A DNA stretch of 64,000 nt from Phycisphaerales bacterium (GCA_046350535.1 JAXMAG010000001.1:447488-511487); one strand, 5' to 3'. Counted from the first letter of the stretch, positions 29,947 through 39,431 are shown. Notes: generated by a model not told the origin, from the letters alone. Translations and numbers: made by a program.

Positions 29947-32478
29947 ATGGATGGCCATCCTCCTCCTCCGCCATCGCAGCCGGTGACCCCGGAGGCGCTG
30001 GCGGACGGCCGGCTTCACGCCCGCATGCGGGAGTGGCTGCGACCCTGGCAGGGCGCCGGGCGCAACGTCCCGGGCGTGGTGCTCGGCGCCGGCCCGAGTC
30101 TCCCGGCGCATCTCCCGTGGCTGCGGCAGGCGTCCTCCGAGGGATGGTGCCTGGTGGTGGCGGTGCCCGCGGCGCTCGAGGCGCTCCACGAGGCCGGCGG
30201 CCACGCGACCGCGACGATCGGCAGCGGACACGAACGGCAGACGATGGCGGAGGCGCTCCAGGCCCGCGCGGTGCCCACCGCCTTCCTGGCCCCGGAGGAG
30301 GCGGGCCTTCCCTCCAGCGTGTGGGCGTGGCTCCTCCTGCGGGCGCTGGACTGCCAGCCGATGGTGCTGGCGGGGCTGGACCTCGCGTGCACGGATGGAT
30401 TGGTGCACGGCGCCGGCCACGAGGTGGACCGCGACTGGGCCCCGGAGCTCAACCCGTTCCGCACGATGGAGGATCTGCACCTGGCCAGCCTCCGGCACGA
30501 CGCGATCCCGCGCGAGATCCGCGACCGCAGCGGCCGCACCATCCTCTCCACGCAGGCCCTGGAGCTGGAGCGGCAGCTGCTGGAGACGGCCATCTCCGTG
30601 GACGCGGCCGCGGGGATCGCGGTGCTGGACGTGGATCCTCGCGGACCGGTGAAGCGCGGTTCGCAGGCCATGGCGCCGGCGGCCGCGGTCCCGAGGCGCG
30701 GCGAGGTGACGGTGCCGGCGTGGCCGCTCCCGCGCGGCGTCGATGGCGTGGTGGCGCTGGATGACGGCGCGGACCCCGCGGCGGCGCCCGTCCGCGTGGA
30801 CGTGCGTCACCGCGCCAGGGTGGCCGCGGTGGTGGCGGTGGATCCGGAGACGGGCGGCACCGGCGCGCCGCGCCACGTGGATTCGGAGCTCGCGGGCCGG
30901 CCCGTCCTGTGGTGGGTGATCGAACGGCTGCGCCGCGTCCGCGGCCTGGAGCGCGTGATCGTCCTGGCGCCGGATGCGGCCCAGGTGGCCAGCCTCCTTC
31001 CGCCGTCGACCGAGGGCACGCCGGTCGAGGTGGAGGCGACGCAGGGATCGCCCTTCCCGCCGGAGCAGGTGGCGATCCGCACCGCGCGCCTGTGGGCGGA
31101 CTCCGCGTGGCGCGGCGGCATCGGCGGCGCCGCGGCCCACGACGAGATCGTCGCCCCGGCCGCGACCCTCCGGGCCCTGCGGGCCCGCGGCCTGGATGCG
31201 GCGCTCCTCTGCGGGCCGGACTGGCCGCTGGTGACGGTGGAGGGGCGCGGCGGCGCGAACGACCTGGTGGCCCGCTGGCGCGAGGCCGATGGCGCGCTGG
31301 ACCCCGTGTTCGCCCCCGGGCCTCCGGGTCTGGCGTCCTGCGTGGTGGGCTGCCACACCCTGGAGTGGCTCGCGGCCCGCAGTGGCCCGGGGACGCTGGG
31401 GGCGCTCTACGTCTCGCTCCCGCGGCCGGAGCGGGACCGCCGCTGCGTGCGGCCGCCGCCGCGCATCCGGCGCAGCCTCGTGCGCGCGGTCTTCGACACC
31501 GCTCGGGGCAAGCTCCGCATGCGGCGGGGGCTGGAGCCGATCGTGCTCGCGGGGCAGGAAGGGGATCTCTCGCGCCTGGACGCGATGGACGCGGTGACGG
31601 CCCTGGAGCAGCAGGCGTTCCATCTGCCGCCGGCGTTCGTGGCCCAGCATCTGGTGGTGGAGATCAACACCGGCCGGCGGGCCAGCGGCCTGGTGAGTCC
31701 GCACCGCTGGGGCAGCATCCAGCGGCCGCCGATGAGCCGTCGGCTCCTGGACCGCGTGCTGGAGGAGGTGGAGGCGCCGCGCGACGTCGTGGTGACGCTC
31801 GGCCACGTGGGGGATCCGCTCTGGCATCCGGAGCTGCCGGACTTCATCCGCGCCTGCCGCGCCGCGGGGGTGCGCGGCGTGCACGTGCGCACGGAGCTGC
31901 TGGCGGACCGGGCCAGGATCGACGCGATGATGGCCGCCGCGCCGGACGTGATCAGCGTGGATCTCCACGGAGAGAGCCGCGCCACCAGCCGGGCCCTCAT
32001 GGGGATCGATGCGCTTCCGGTGGCGCTCGCCAACATGGAGTACCTGCAGCAGCATCGCCAGCGCCTCTCCGCCGGCGGTCCCGCCTTCCAGCGCCCGCTC
32101 CTGGTGGCGCGCCTGCAGCGGCGGGAGCAGAGCGCCCATGAGCTGGCGTCCTTCGTGGATCTATGGCAGCGCGTGGCCGGCTGGGCGGTGATCGAACCGC
32201 CCCCGCCCGGCCCGGAGGAGGTGGCGGGCGGTGCGGATCCGCTGCTGCCGGCGGGCATGCCCACACCGGCGCGGTGGCGCGAAGGCCTGCGGCGGATGGT
32301 GATCCTCTCGGATGGCCGGGTGCCCGCCTCCGAGCTGGATCTGCGCGGCGATCGGGCCGCGGCGTCCGTGGCCCGCGGCGGCGTCTTCGACGCCTGGCGG
32401 GACCTGGTGGTGCGGCGCCGGCAGGTGGCGCGGGAAGAGGACGTGCTCCACCCGGAGCTGGCCCTCTGGCAGCCGTGA
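29947..32478 (+). CDS. Tri-domain protein: MptE-like/DUF115 domain + nucleotidyl(cytidylyl)transferase-like domain + Cys-depleted radical-SAM/SPASM-like domain
   Basis: Frame of track ORF 29431..32478, ATG 29947. N-term VVLGAGPSLP...LVVAVPAALEAL (DUF115-like); middle ELAGRPVLWWVIERLRRVRGLERVIVLAPD (NTP-transferase-like); C-term VVVTLGHVGDPLWHPELPDFIRACRAAGVRGVHVRTELL...VISVDLHG (rSAM TIM-barrel pattern) but the CxxxCxxC position reads EINTGRRASGLVSPHRW. Confidence 0.6.
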   Translation: MDGHPPPPPSQPVTPEALADGRLHARMREWLRPWQGAGRNVPGVVLGAGPSLPAHLPWLRQASSEGWCLVVAVPAALEALHEAGGHATATIGSGHERQTMAEALQARAVPTAFLAPEEAGLPSSVWAWLLLRALDCQPMVLAGLDLACTDGLVHGAGHEVDRDWAPELNPFRTMEDLHLASLRHDAIPREIRDRSGRTILSTQALELERQLLETAISVDAAAGIAVLDVDPRGPVKRGSQAMAPAAAVPRRGEVTVPAWPLPRGVDGVVALDDGADPAAAPVRVDVRHRARVAAVVAVDPETGGTGAPRHVDSELAGRPVLWWVIERLRRVRGLERVIVLAPDAAQVASLLPPSTEGTPVEVEATQGSPFPPEQVAIRTARLWADSAWRGGIGGAAAHDEIVAPAATLRALRARGLDAALLCGPDWPLVTVEGRGGANDLVARWREADGALDPVFAPGPPGLASCVVGCHTLEWLAARSGPGTLGALYVSLPRPERDRRCVRPPPRIRRSLVRAVFDTARGKLRMRRGLEPIVLAGQEGDLSRLDAMDAVTALEQQAFHLPPAFVAQHLVVEINTGRRASGLVSPHRWGSIQRPPMSRRLLDRVLEEVEAPRDVVVTLGHVGDPLWHPELPDFIRACRAAGVRGVHVRTELLADRARIDAMMAAAPDVISVDLHGESRATSRALMGIDALPVALANMEYLQQHRQRLSAGGPAFQRPLLVARLQRREQSAHELASFVDLWQRVAGWAVIEPPPPGPEEVAGGADPLLPAGMPTPARWREGLRRMVILSDGRVPASELDLRGDRAAASVARGGVFDAWRDLVVRRRQVAREEDVLHPELALWQP

Positions 32479-32542
32479 TCGGGAGCGTGCGGCGCGGAGT
32501 GGCGCCGCGGCGGCGGGGGCCGGCCCGCGCGCACTCACCGCG

Positions 32543-33478
32543 TCACGCGGCGTCCTGAAGCGGGCCGGCGGCGGCGTCCGCGGCCTGCGCGGGGGTGATT
32601 CGGAGGCACGCCCACGCCGCGGGTGGGATGTCCGTTCCGTCCAGGTCTCCGTCCCAGCCGTCGGTGGCCGCGGCGGCCAGACGGTCCGCCACCAGGGCGA
32701 GCCACGCCGCGGGCTGGAGCGCCTCCGGCGCCTGCTCCGGCGTGTGGTGATGCCTGGCCGCGGCCTGGAGCTCCGTGGGGAAGTGCCACGCTTCGCAGAG
32801 GGCACCGCCCACCAGCGTGTGGTCCGTTCCCAGGTGGGCCCGCTCCGCCTCCAGGAAGGAGGAGTGCTCGCGCCGGGCGTGGGCCAGGACGCCCAGGCCG
32901 CCGGCGCGGTCCGCGTGCAGGATCGCCACCACGCCCACGTCGTGGAGGAGTCCGCAGAGGAAGGCCTCCTCGCGCGGCGCCGTGGGAGAGCGCTGCGCCA
33001 GCCGCCGGGCGATGGAGGCCGCGGCCACGGAGTGGCGCCACAGCCGCTCCGGCTCCAGGCCGCTGCCGGCGGGACCGCCGCGGAAGAACGGATCGAGCGT
33101 GGCCGCCACCACGAGGTCCCGCAGGACGCCCACGCCGAGCAGGCTGATCGCCCGCTGCACGGAGCCGACCCGGACCGGCAGCCCCCAGCACGCGCTGTTC
33201 ACCACCCGCAGCAGTCGCGTCGCCAGGGCGGGATCCCGCTGGACCGTCCGCTCCATGTCGCGAACGCTGCTCGCCGGATCCGCGAGGTGCCGCAGGATCT
33301 CCGTCGCCGTCGCCGGGAACGCGGCCAGGTCGCGGATGGCGCGGACCAGGGCGCGGGCGCGTCCGAGGGCCGCGTCTCCATGCCCGGATTGGGGACCCTC
33401 CACGAACACGACACCTCCAGGTGGACCCCGCGACGGGCGGATCCGCTCCTCCTCTCGTCGGCCGGAGCGGTGCGGCAC
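32543..33478 (-). CDS. HDOD domain signalling protein
   Basis: Track ORF (GTG start; true start may be further in). LAAFPATATEILRHLADP, LATRLLRVVNSA, VGSVQRAISLLG, WRHSVAAA, FLCGLLHDVG, HTLVGGALCEAWHFP. Confidence 0.8.
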   Translation of the reverse strand: MPHRSGRREEERIRPSRGPPGGVVFVEGPQSGHGDAALGRARALVRAIRDLAAFPATATEILRHLADPASSVRDMERTVQRDPALATRLLRVVNSACWGLPVRVGSVQRAISLLGVGVLRDLVVAATLDPFFRGGPAGSGLEPERLWRHSVAAASIARRLAQRSPTAPREEAFLCGLLHDVGVVAILHADRAGGLGVLAHARREHSSFLEAERAHLGTDHTLVGGALCEAWHFPTELQAAARHHHTPEQAPEALQPAAWLALVADRLAAAATDGWDGDLDGTDIPPAAWACLRITPAQAADAAAGPLQDAA

Positions 33479-33530
33479 TTGAGCCGGGAACGGCGGGGCG
33501 GGCTCCGCAGGCGGCTACCATCCCGACGCG

Positions 33531-34256
33531 ATGACCGACGTCATCACCGTGGACTTCAAGCAGCCGATCCCCCTCTTCCCGCTGCCGTCGGTGGTGCTGC
33601 TGCCCCACTCCATGCAGGGGCTGCACGTCTTCGAGCCCCGCTACCGGCAGATGGTGGAGCACTGCCTGCGGCGCGGACGGGGGAATCTCCTCCGCTCCGG
33701 CCAGATCGCCATGGCGGTGGTGCGGCCGGACGCCCTGGGCGACAGCGGCTGGGAGGGGCTTCCGCCGCTCCGCAAGGCGGTGTGCGTGGGTCAGATGGTG
33801 CAGCACGAACAGCTCCCGGACGGCCGGCACACCATCGTCCTCCACGGCGTCTGCCGGGCGGAGATCGTGGAGATCGAGGAGCCGGAGGGGGACCGCCTCT
33901 ACCGGCAGGCGCTCCTGGCGCCGCTGGAGACGCCCGGGCGCGTCTTCCCCACCATGCGGAGCGCCCGCCGCGCCATCTCCGGACTGCTGCACGGTCCGAG
34001 GCTGTCGCGCATGACCTCCATCAAGGCCGTGCTCCCGTGGATCGAACGAACGGACCTGCCCACCCACGCGGTGGTGGAGATCGTGGGGGACGCGATCGTG
34101 CGCATCGAGGAGACCCGCTATCGATTGCTCGAGGAGAGTGATCCGTGGAGCCGGGCCCGGATCCTCCGCGACCACCTGGTGGCCATGGACCGGCTGGTGG
34201 CGGCGGCGGAGCGGCAGGGGAGCCGCGACTGGCCCAAGGGCCTCAGCTGGAACTGA
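33531..34256 (+). CDS. LON N-terminal substrate-binding (LON/PUA-like) domain protein
   Basis: Track ORF. IPLFPLPSVVLLPHSMQGLHVFEPRYRQMV..., about 240 aa stand-alone Lon-N domain. Confidence 0.8.
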   Translation: MTDVITVDFKQPIPLFPLPSVVLLPHSMQGLHVFEPRYRQMVEHCLRRGRGNLLRSGQIAMAVVRPDALGDSGWEGLPPLRKAVCVGQMVQHEQLPDGRHTIVLHGVCRAEIVEIEEPEGDRLYRQALLAPLETPGRVFPTMRSARRAISGLLHGPRLSRMTSIKAVLPWIERTDLPTHAVVEIVGDAIVRIEETRYRLLEESDPWSRARILRDHLVAMDRLVAAAERQGSRDWPKGLSWN

Positions 34257-34282
34257 GCGCCTCCCGGCGCGTGGAGGGACGC

Positions 34283-35683
34283 ATGACTCGCGACGCCGGC
34301 GCAGGAGAGACGGGAGCGCGCTGCCCCGAGTGCGGCTGGCACTCGTCGCAGCCCGCGTGGCGGCGGATCCGCTGGTGGTCCCCGCTGCGAACGGTGCCGC
34401 TGCTGGCGGTGGGGCTCCTCATCGCCTGGGGCCTCCGCGCCTCCGCGTGGGAGCAGTTCACCGCTCGCCAGAACGCCGGCTTCCCGGAGATCTGCCAGCC
34501 GCCGGTCACGCGGGCGGAGGTGGAGGCGGTGGCTGCGGGGACCGCGACCCCGGAGGTGGTGGCCACCTTCCGCCGGGCGTTGGAGGCGCTCTGCGCGGCG
34601 CCGCGAGGGTTCGGAACCATGCCGGAGCAGCCGCGGGAGCTGCAGGTGGGGTTCGTGGCGCCACCAGCCTTCCAGCGCACGGACTTTCGCGGGGGGCTCT
34701 TCACCACGTGGCTCTGGTGGGCGCGGACCACGCCTGCGGAGGATGCCGTCCACGCGCTCCCCTCCCGGGAGCGGCCGCCGCTGGCGCTGCCGGGGCGCGG
34801 CGCCCGCGTGGCGTGGTCCTCCGCGGCCTGGGCGTTCTGGATCACGGACGGCCCGGGCGTCTGGACGATCGACGCCGTGGAAGTCCGCTTCGATCTCCGG
34901 AACCAGCGGGCGTCCGAACTGAGCGCGACGCTCAACGTCGCCAACTCCGGAGACGTGGCCCTGGCGGCGATCGTGGCGGGCGTGGTGTGCAACCGGCTTC
35001 TGGCCCGCTGGCGCCCGGCGTGGCGCTGGAAGCGGAGGGCGCTGGCCACGGCGGCAGGCGTGTCGGTGGTGGCGGCGGCGTTCACCGGGGCGGCACTCCT
35101 GGGCGGCATCCACGCCATCTCCACGCGCGGCTGGGCGGAGGGGACGGGCGGAGGCTGGGCAGACCTGCGGGCGTCCGGGTGGAGCGCCGAGGAGGTGCGG
35201 GAGGCAGCGGGAGAGCCGCAGCGAACGGCGACGCTGGCACGGGACATCCTGGCCCGGGCCCCGGTGGAGGGCGGTGACGGCGCCACCTATCTGGCCGGGG
35301 TCGCGTCCAGCGCGGCGCCGGTCGCCGTCACCTGGTGGCGAACCGGGGAGCGGTTCACGGTGGCGGACCACACGCGGTCGGAGTCCCTGGCCGTGCACGA
35401 CGGGCCGGCGCCCCACGGCCTGGGCGGGTGGCTCGTGGCGAGCAGCCACGGCTCCCCGCGCATCATCTGGCGCAGCGACGACGGTCGCGTCGCCACGCGT
35501 CTCGCGATCAACCCGGGTCCCTGCTGCTGGCTTCTGGCGGCGGGAGTGGTGGCGTGGTGCGCGCCGGGAGCGTTCGTGGGGGCCCTGCGGGCGCGGCGGG
35601 CCAGGCGCCGCATGGCCCGCGGACGCTGCCCCCGCTGCGCGTACCAGCTGGATCAGGCGGGCGGGACGGTCGTGAGCACGTAG
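34283..35683 (+). CDS. Membrane protein with zinc-ribbon motifs at both termini, hypothetical
   Basis: Frame of track ORF 34145..35683, ATG 34283. N-term ARCPECGW, several TM helices, C-term RRRMARGRCPRCAYQLD. Confidence 0.55.
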   Translation: MTRDAGAGETGARCPECGWHSSQPAWRRIRWWSPLRTVPLLAVGLLIAWGLRASAWEQFTARQNAGFPEICQPPVTRAEVEAVAAGTATPEVVATFRRALEALCAAPRGFGTMPEQPRELQVGFVAPPAFQRTDFRGGLFTTWLWWARTTPAEDAVHALPSRERPPLALPGRGARVAWSSAAWAFWITDGPGVWTIDAVEVRFDLRNQRASELSATLNVANSGDVALAAIVAGVVCNRLLARWRPAWRWKRRALATAAGVSVVAAAFTGAALLGGIHAISTRGWAEGTGGGWADLRASGWSAEEVREAAGEPQRTATLARDILARAPVEGGDGATYLAGVASSAAPVAVTWWRTGERFTVADHTRSESLAVHDGPAPHGLGGWLVASSHGSPRIIWRSDDGRVATRLAINPGPCCWLLAAGVVAWCAPGAFVGALRARRARRRMARGRCPRCAYQLDQAGGTVVST

Positions 35684-36204
35684 TGGAGCCGCGGGCTCAG
35701 CACGCCCGCCACCATCACGTCCTCCTGACGGTCCAGCCGGGCGCCGAGCTTCTCCAGGGCCCGCCGCGAGCGCATGTTCCCCGGGCTCACGTGGAACCAG
35801 ACGGAGTCCGCCCAGCGCAGGGCGTGCTCCACCAGCATCCGCTTCATCTCGCGGTTGACGGGCCCGCCCCAGAGGTCGCGCACCAGGAACGTGTATCCAA
35901 GCACCACGCTGCGGGCCCGCGGGTTCCAGTCGTAGAAGCGGGTGGTGCCGATCACGCGGGCGGAGGCGGCATCGAGCGCCACCAGGCCTCCGCCGGAGTC
36001 GAGGGCGCCCTGGAAGAAGCGTTCGAACACCGGGCGAGTGTGCCGCTCCCGCTCCGAATGCTGGGCCCAGATGAGCGGATCCGCCGCCGCCGCGAAGAGC
36101 GGCTCCAGGTCGTCCGGCCGCAGCGGCCGCAGCCGCACCAGGCGGCCTTCAAGCGTGGGCTGCCAGTCCGGGGCGCCCGCCGCGCCTGCGCCGTCCGCGC
36201 TCAC
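35653..36204 (-). CDS. GNAT-family N-acetyltransferase (RimJ/RimL-like)
   Basis: Frame of track ORF 35653..37095; GTG 36204 overlaps upstream stop (GTGA). LEGRLVRLRPLRPDDLEPLF, LGYTFLVRDLWGGPVNREMKRMLVEHAL, VWFHVSPGNMRSRRALEKLGA. Confidence 0.8.
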   Translation of the reverse strand: MSADGAGAAGAPDWQPTLEGRLVRLRPLRPDDLEPLFAAAADPLIWAQHSERERHTRPVFERFFQGALDSGGGLVALDAASARVIGTTRFYDWNPRARSVVLGYTFLVRDLWGGPVNREMKRMLVEHALRWADSVWFHVSPGNMRSRRALEKLGARLDRQEDVMVAGVLSPRLHYVLTTVPPA

Positions 36205-37052
36205 GCCTGCGGCCCGCGAACGGCAGCCGCGGGCGCCCTGTTCCCGGAGGCCCCCTGGGTTCCGGAGGGGGCCGTCGCCGGCGGCGTGGCCGCGGGAGGC
36301 GGTGACGCCGGCGGCTGCTCCTCGTGCGGCGGCGCCGCCGGTGGATGGCTGGGGGCGCCGGAGCCGGGCGGCAGCAGCGGCGGTCCCGCCTTGGACGGCG
36401 GCAGCGGCGGCGGCACGTCGCCGGGCTTCCAGCCGGTGGCGTCGATGGCCGCGTTCCACGCCGCCAGCCGATCCGCGTACTTGGCGAAGAGAGGCGAGGG
36501 ATCTCCCACGATCTTCACGCTGCGGATGAGGCTGCCGCGCTGCAGCTGGTTCACCACGGGCTGGCCCTCCGTGATGGTGCCGAAGGCCGTGAAGTCCAGG
36601 TGCCAGCGCTCCTGGTTCTTGATGGTGACGAACCACTCCGTGGAGTGGTTGCCCGCGTTGGGCAGCTCCGACGCCTTCATCATGGCCACCGTGCCGGGTC
36701 CGTCGAACTTGATGCGCGGGGAGAACTCGCGCTTGAACGTGTACTGCGGCGTCCCGTTCTCCTTGAAGCGGCCCATGTACTTGGCGACGCGGTTGTTGCC
36801 GAAGACCTGGGTGCCGTCGAAGTACCCGCGCTTGGCCAGGTTGCAGAAGTTGGTGACGGTGAGCGGCGCCTCCCGCGCGTGCAGCTTGAAGCTGAAGACG
36901 CCGAACTCCGTGGTCACCACGGCGCTCAGCTCCGGCACCTGCTCCTGGGCCGCCGTGCCCGCGCCCTCCGCGGCGGCTGCGGGCGGATCCGCGGCGGCAC
37001 CGGCGAGCATGGTGGCGGCGGCAAGGAGCAGGGCAGGCAGGGTTCGAATCAT
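36201..37052 (-). CDS. Secreted cyclophilin-type peptidyl-prolyl isomerase with Pro-rich C-terminal tail
   Basis: Frame of track ORF 36201..37766; ATG 37052. Signal MIRTLPALLLAAATMLAGAAA; FGVFSFKLHAREAPLTVTNFCNLAKRGYFDG, GTVAMMKA...STEWFVT, FGTITEGQPVVNQL; tail PPPLPPSKAGPPLLPPGSGAPSHPPAAPP. Confidence 0.8.
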   Translation of the reverse strand: MIRTLPALLLAAATMLAGAAADPPAAAAEGAGTAAQEQVPELSAVVTTEFGVFSFKLHAREAPLTVTNFCNLAKRGYFDGTQVFGNNRVAKYMGRFKENGTPQYTFKREFSPRIKFDGPGTVAMMKASELPNAGNHSTEWFVTIKNQERWHLDFTAFGTITEGQPVVNQLQRGSLIRSVKIVGDPSPLFAKYADRLAAWNAAIDATGWKPGDVPPPLPPSKAGPPLLPPGSGAPSHPPAAPPHEEQPPASPPPAATPPATAPSGTQGASGNRAPAAAVRGPQA

Positions 37053-38557
37053 CACGGCGTGTTCTCCGGGGCGCCCGTCGGGCCGGGCCTGACATTGTCC
37101 CCGGGAGGCTCTTCCGGGGGAAGCGGTTCGACGGGACGCGCCAGTTCCATCAGGCGCGTTTCGAGCTGACTCCGCCGGGCCGCATCGTCCCGGCCGCGGG
37201 CCTGGAGCGAGGCCAGGGCGTCGTCCAGCTGGGCCGCCACCGCCAGTGGCTCCGTGGGAACCAGGCCGCGGGCCATGCGCAGCAGTTCCTGGACCGCCCG
37301 GCGCCGCTTCTCCGCGTGGCCAAGCATGGTCCGCTGGAGCTCCAGCACCCGGACGGCGCCCGGAATGGAGGATGGCTCCATCTGGAGGGCCTCCTCCGCA
37401 TCGGTGAGTTCCGCCGCGGGCTTGAGGGCCGCCAGTTCGAGCGGTGCCAGGCGCGTGGCGGCCTCCGCGGCCAGGCCGCCCAGCGCCGCCCGCTGGTCCT
37501 CGTCCAGGCCGGGCGCCTCCGCGAGCCTGGTGAGGAGGCGGCGGAGGGAGCGGGAGTCGTCGAAGACCAGGGGATGGAGGAGCCGGCCGGTGCGTTCGTC
37601 CAGCTGGCGCTGGGCCAGGGGTCCCATCCGCGCCCGCATGGTGCGGAGCGACGCGGCGTTCACGTCCGCGGGGGTCGTGTCCGCGTTGCGCTCCGCGCGG
37701 GAGATCAGCTCCAGCGCCTCCTCCCGCTGCAGCCGCAGATCGGGCGACGCGCCTTCCCGCCACCACGCGCCCCAGCGGGCCTCGAGGCGGGCCCGCTCGA
37801 GCGCCAGCTGCTCCAGGCGCAGGCGCCGCTCCCGCAGGGCCGCCGCCGCCCGCTCCTTCCAGAGGTCCACCTCCGGCGCCAGCGCCGCCCGCTGCGCCGC
37901 GTCCATCTGGATCTGGCCGAGGACCTCATCCAGCCGCAGGGCCGCCAGCGGATCGTGGACCGGCCGGTCGTCCCGCTCCAGCGCCCGTTCCCACCGCAGC
38001 TGGAGGGCCGGCGCGGAGCCGTCGCTCCGCGGCAGAAGCATCCATGCCTCCAGGAGCGTCTTCTCCGCGTCGTCCAGGGCGGCGTTCCAGCGGCGGCAGC
38101 CTTCCAGGAGCGCCACGTACTCCGAGCCGTAGCGAGGCTGGTAGGCGCGGCTCACCGCGTCCCACGCGTGCGCCGGCTCCACAAGGATGGCGGCGGGGCG
38201 GCGGATCCGCTCCCGCGCCTCGGCCGTGGCCAGGAGGTACCGCTCCGCCGCGTCGAGCGCCGCCAGATGCTCATCCCCGCGGGGCCACCAGCGGCCGGAG
38301 AAGTCGAGCAGGCGTTCGCGACCAAACGGCTCCGGCAGCAGCAGCGCCACCAGGCCCGCCAGGGCTTCCTCCCGCGCCTGTTCCGTGTCCCCGAGGGCGG
38401 TCGCGCCGGCCGCGGCGCCACCGCGCCCGCCCTGCGCCGCAGCGGCCTTGGCGGACTGGGCGGCCGCGGCGGCTTCGGCGCTCCAGGGAAGGAGCACCGC
38501 CGCGAACGCGACCAAGAGTCCACGGCGCTGCCTGCGGGTGGGGACGCGAGCCGGCAT
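37052..38557 (-). CDS. Secreted all-alpha hypothetical protein (Arg/Glu/Leu/Ala-rich)
   Basis: Frame of track ORF 37052..38728; Met58 = ATG 38557 gives signal peptide MPARVPTRRQRRGLLVAFAAVLLPWSAEA; stop overlaps cyclophilin start (TGATG). Confidence 0.55.
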   Translation of the reverse strand: MPARVPTRRQRRGLLVAFAAVLLPWSAEAAAAAQSAKAAAAQGGRGGAAAGATALGDTEQAREEALAGLVALLLPEPFGRERLLDFSGRWWPRGDEHLAALDAAERYLLATAEARERIRRPAAILVEPAHAWDAVSRAYQPRYGSEYVALLEGCRRWNAALDDAEKTLLEAWMLLPRSDGSAPALQLRWERALERDDRPVHDPLAALRLDEVLGQIQMDAAQRAALAPEVDLWKERAAAALRERRLRLEQLALERARLEARWGAWWREGASPDLRLQREEALELISRAERNADTTPADVNAASLRTMRARMGPLAQRQLDERTGRLLHPLVFDDSRSLRRLLTRLAEAPGLDEDQRAALGGLAAEAATRLAPLELAALKPAAELTDAEEALQMEPSSIPGAVRVLELQRTMLGHAEKRRRAVQELLRMARGLVPTEPLAVAAQLDDALASLQARGRDDAARRSQLETRLMELARPVEPLPPEEPPGDNVRPGPTGAPENTP

Positions 38558-38579
38558 GCCGCGAGGATATCTTCCACCC

Positions 38580-39431
38580 ATGTCCTCCCGCGCCCAGCCG
38601 CACCCAGGAGCCGCCTCGCGGCTGGCGGTGTTCGACGTGGATGGCACGCTCACGCACACCAGCGGGATCGACGACGCCTGCTGGATCCAGGCGGTGGAGA
38701 TGACCTTCGGCGTCTCCGGGATCTGCACGGACTGGGGCTCCTATCGCCACTCCACGGATGAGGCGATCGGCGCTGAGATCGTGGAGCGCCACCTGGGGCG
38801 GCCGTGGACCCTGGAGGATCGGGACCTGCTGCGGGAGACGTTCGCCACCCTGGTGGAACACGCGGCCCGGGAGGACCGGCGCCACTTCCAGCAGGTTCCG
38901 GGCGCGGCGGCGCTCCTCCCGCACCTGCAGCGGAGCGGCTGGCGCGTGGCCCTGGCCACGGGCGGATGGAAGCGAACGGCCCTCCTGAAGCTTCGCACGG
39001 CCGGCGTGCCGGTGGAGGGGCTGCCCGCCGCGTTCGCGGACGATGCGTGGCCGCGGCAGACGCTCATCCGCCTGGCGGTGGCGCGGGCCATGGGCTGGCC
39101 GGAGCCGGAGCCGGATCCGGTGCCGGAGACGGAGCCGACGGCGGGGCGCGGTGCGGAACCGGGAGACGGCACCTCCCAATCGGTTCGGACCACGGACGCT
39201 GCCGCTCCGCCGGTGCACGTCGTCTACGTGGGCGACGGAACCTGGGACGTGACAGCGGCCCGCGCGGGCGGGTATGGTTTCGTGGGAGTGGCCTCCGGCC
39301 AACGGGCCGAAGCGCTGCGTCGTGCAGGGGCAGCCGTGGTGCTCCCCGATCTCGCGGACGCGGCCGGCGTGCTGGAGTGCCTGGCGGCGGCAACCCCACC
39401 GGGACCGCCGATGGAGAACCGAACATGTTGA
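38580..39431 (+). CDS. HAD-superfamily hydrolase
   Basis: Frame of track ORF 38187..39431, ATG 38580. LAVFDVDGTLTHT (motif I), ALATGGW, VVYVGDGTWDVTAARAGG (motif IV); internal Pro/Glu-rich insert. Confidence 0.75.
   Translation: MSSRAQPHPGAASRLAVFDVDGTLTHTSGIDDACWIQAVEMTFGVSGICTDWGSYRHSTDEAIGAEIVERHLGRPWTLEDRDLLRETFATLVEHAAREDRRHFQQVPGAAALLPHLQRSGWRVALATGGWKRTALLKLRTAGVPVEGLPAAFADDAWPRQTLIRLAVARAMGWPEPEPDPVPETEPTAGRGAEPGDGTSQSVRTTDAAAPPVHVVYVGDGTWDVTAARAGGYGFVGVASGQRAEALRRAGAAVVLPDLADAAGVLECLAAATPPGPPMENRTC

Noticed and set aside
28963-32139. 1058-aa minus-strand ORF antisense to the tri-domain gene and the lipoprotein tail.
   Set aside because: It has off-frame composition (Arg/Gly/His/Pro-rich) and no motifs, and it overlaps ORFs with recognisable domains on the other strand.
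37035-37060. GGTTCGAATC T-loop-like motif (also CGGGTTCGATCCC near 53957) that could hint at a tRNA.
   Set aside because: The flanking bases do not form a T-stem or acceptor stem, and both sites lie inside well-supported CDSs. I found no tRNA in the window, including the 16S downstream spacer.
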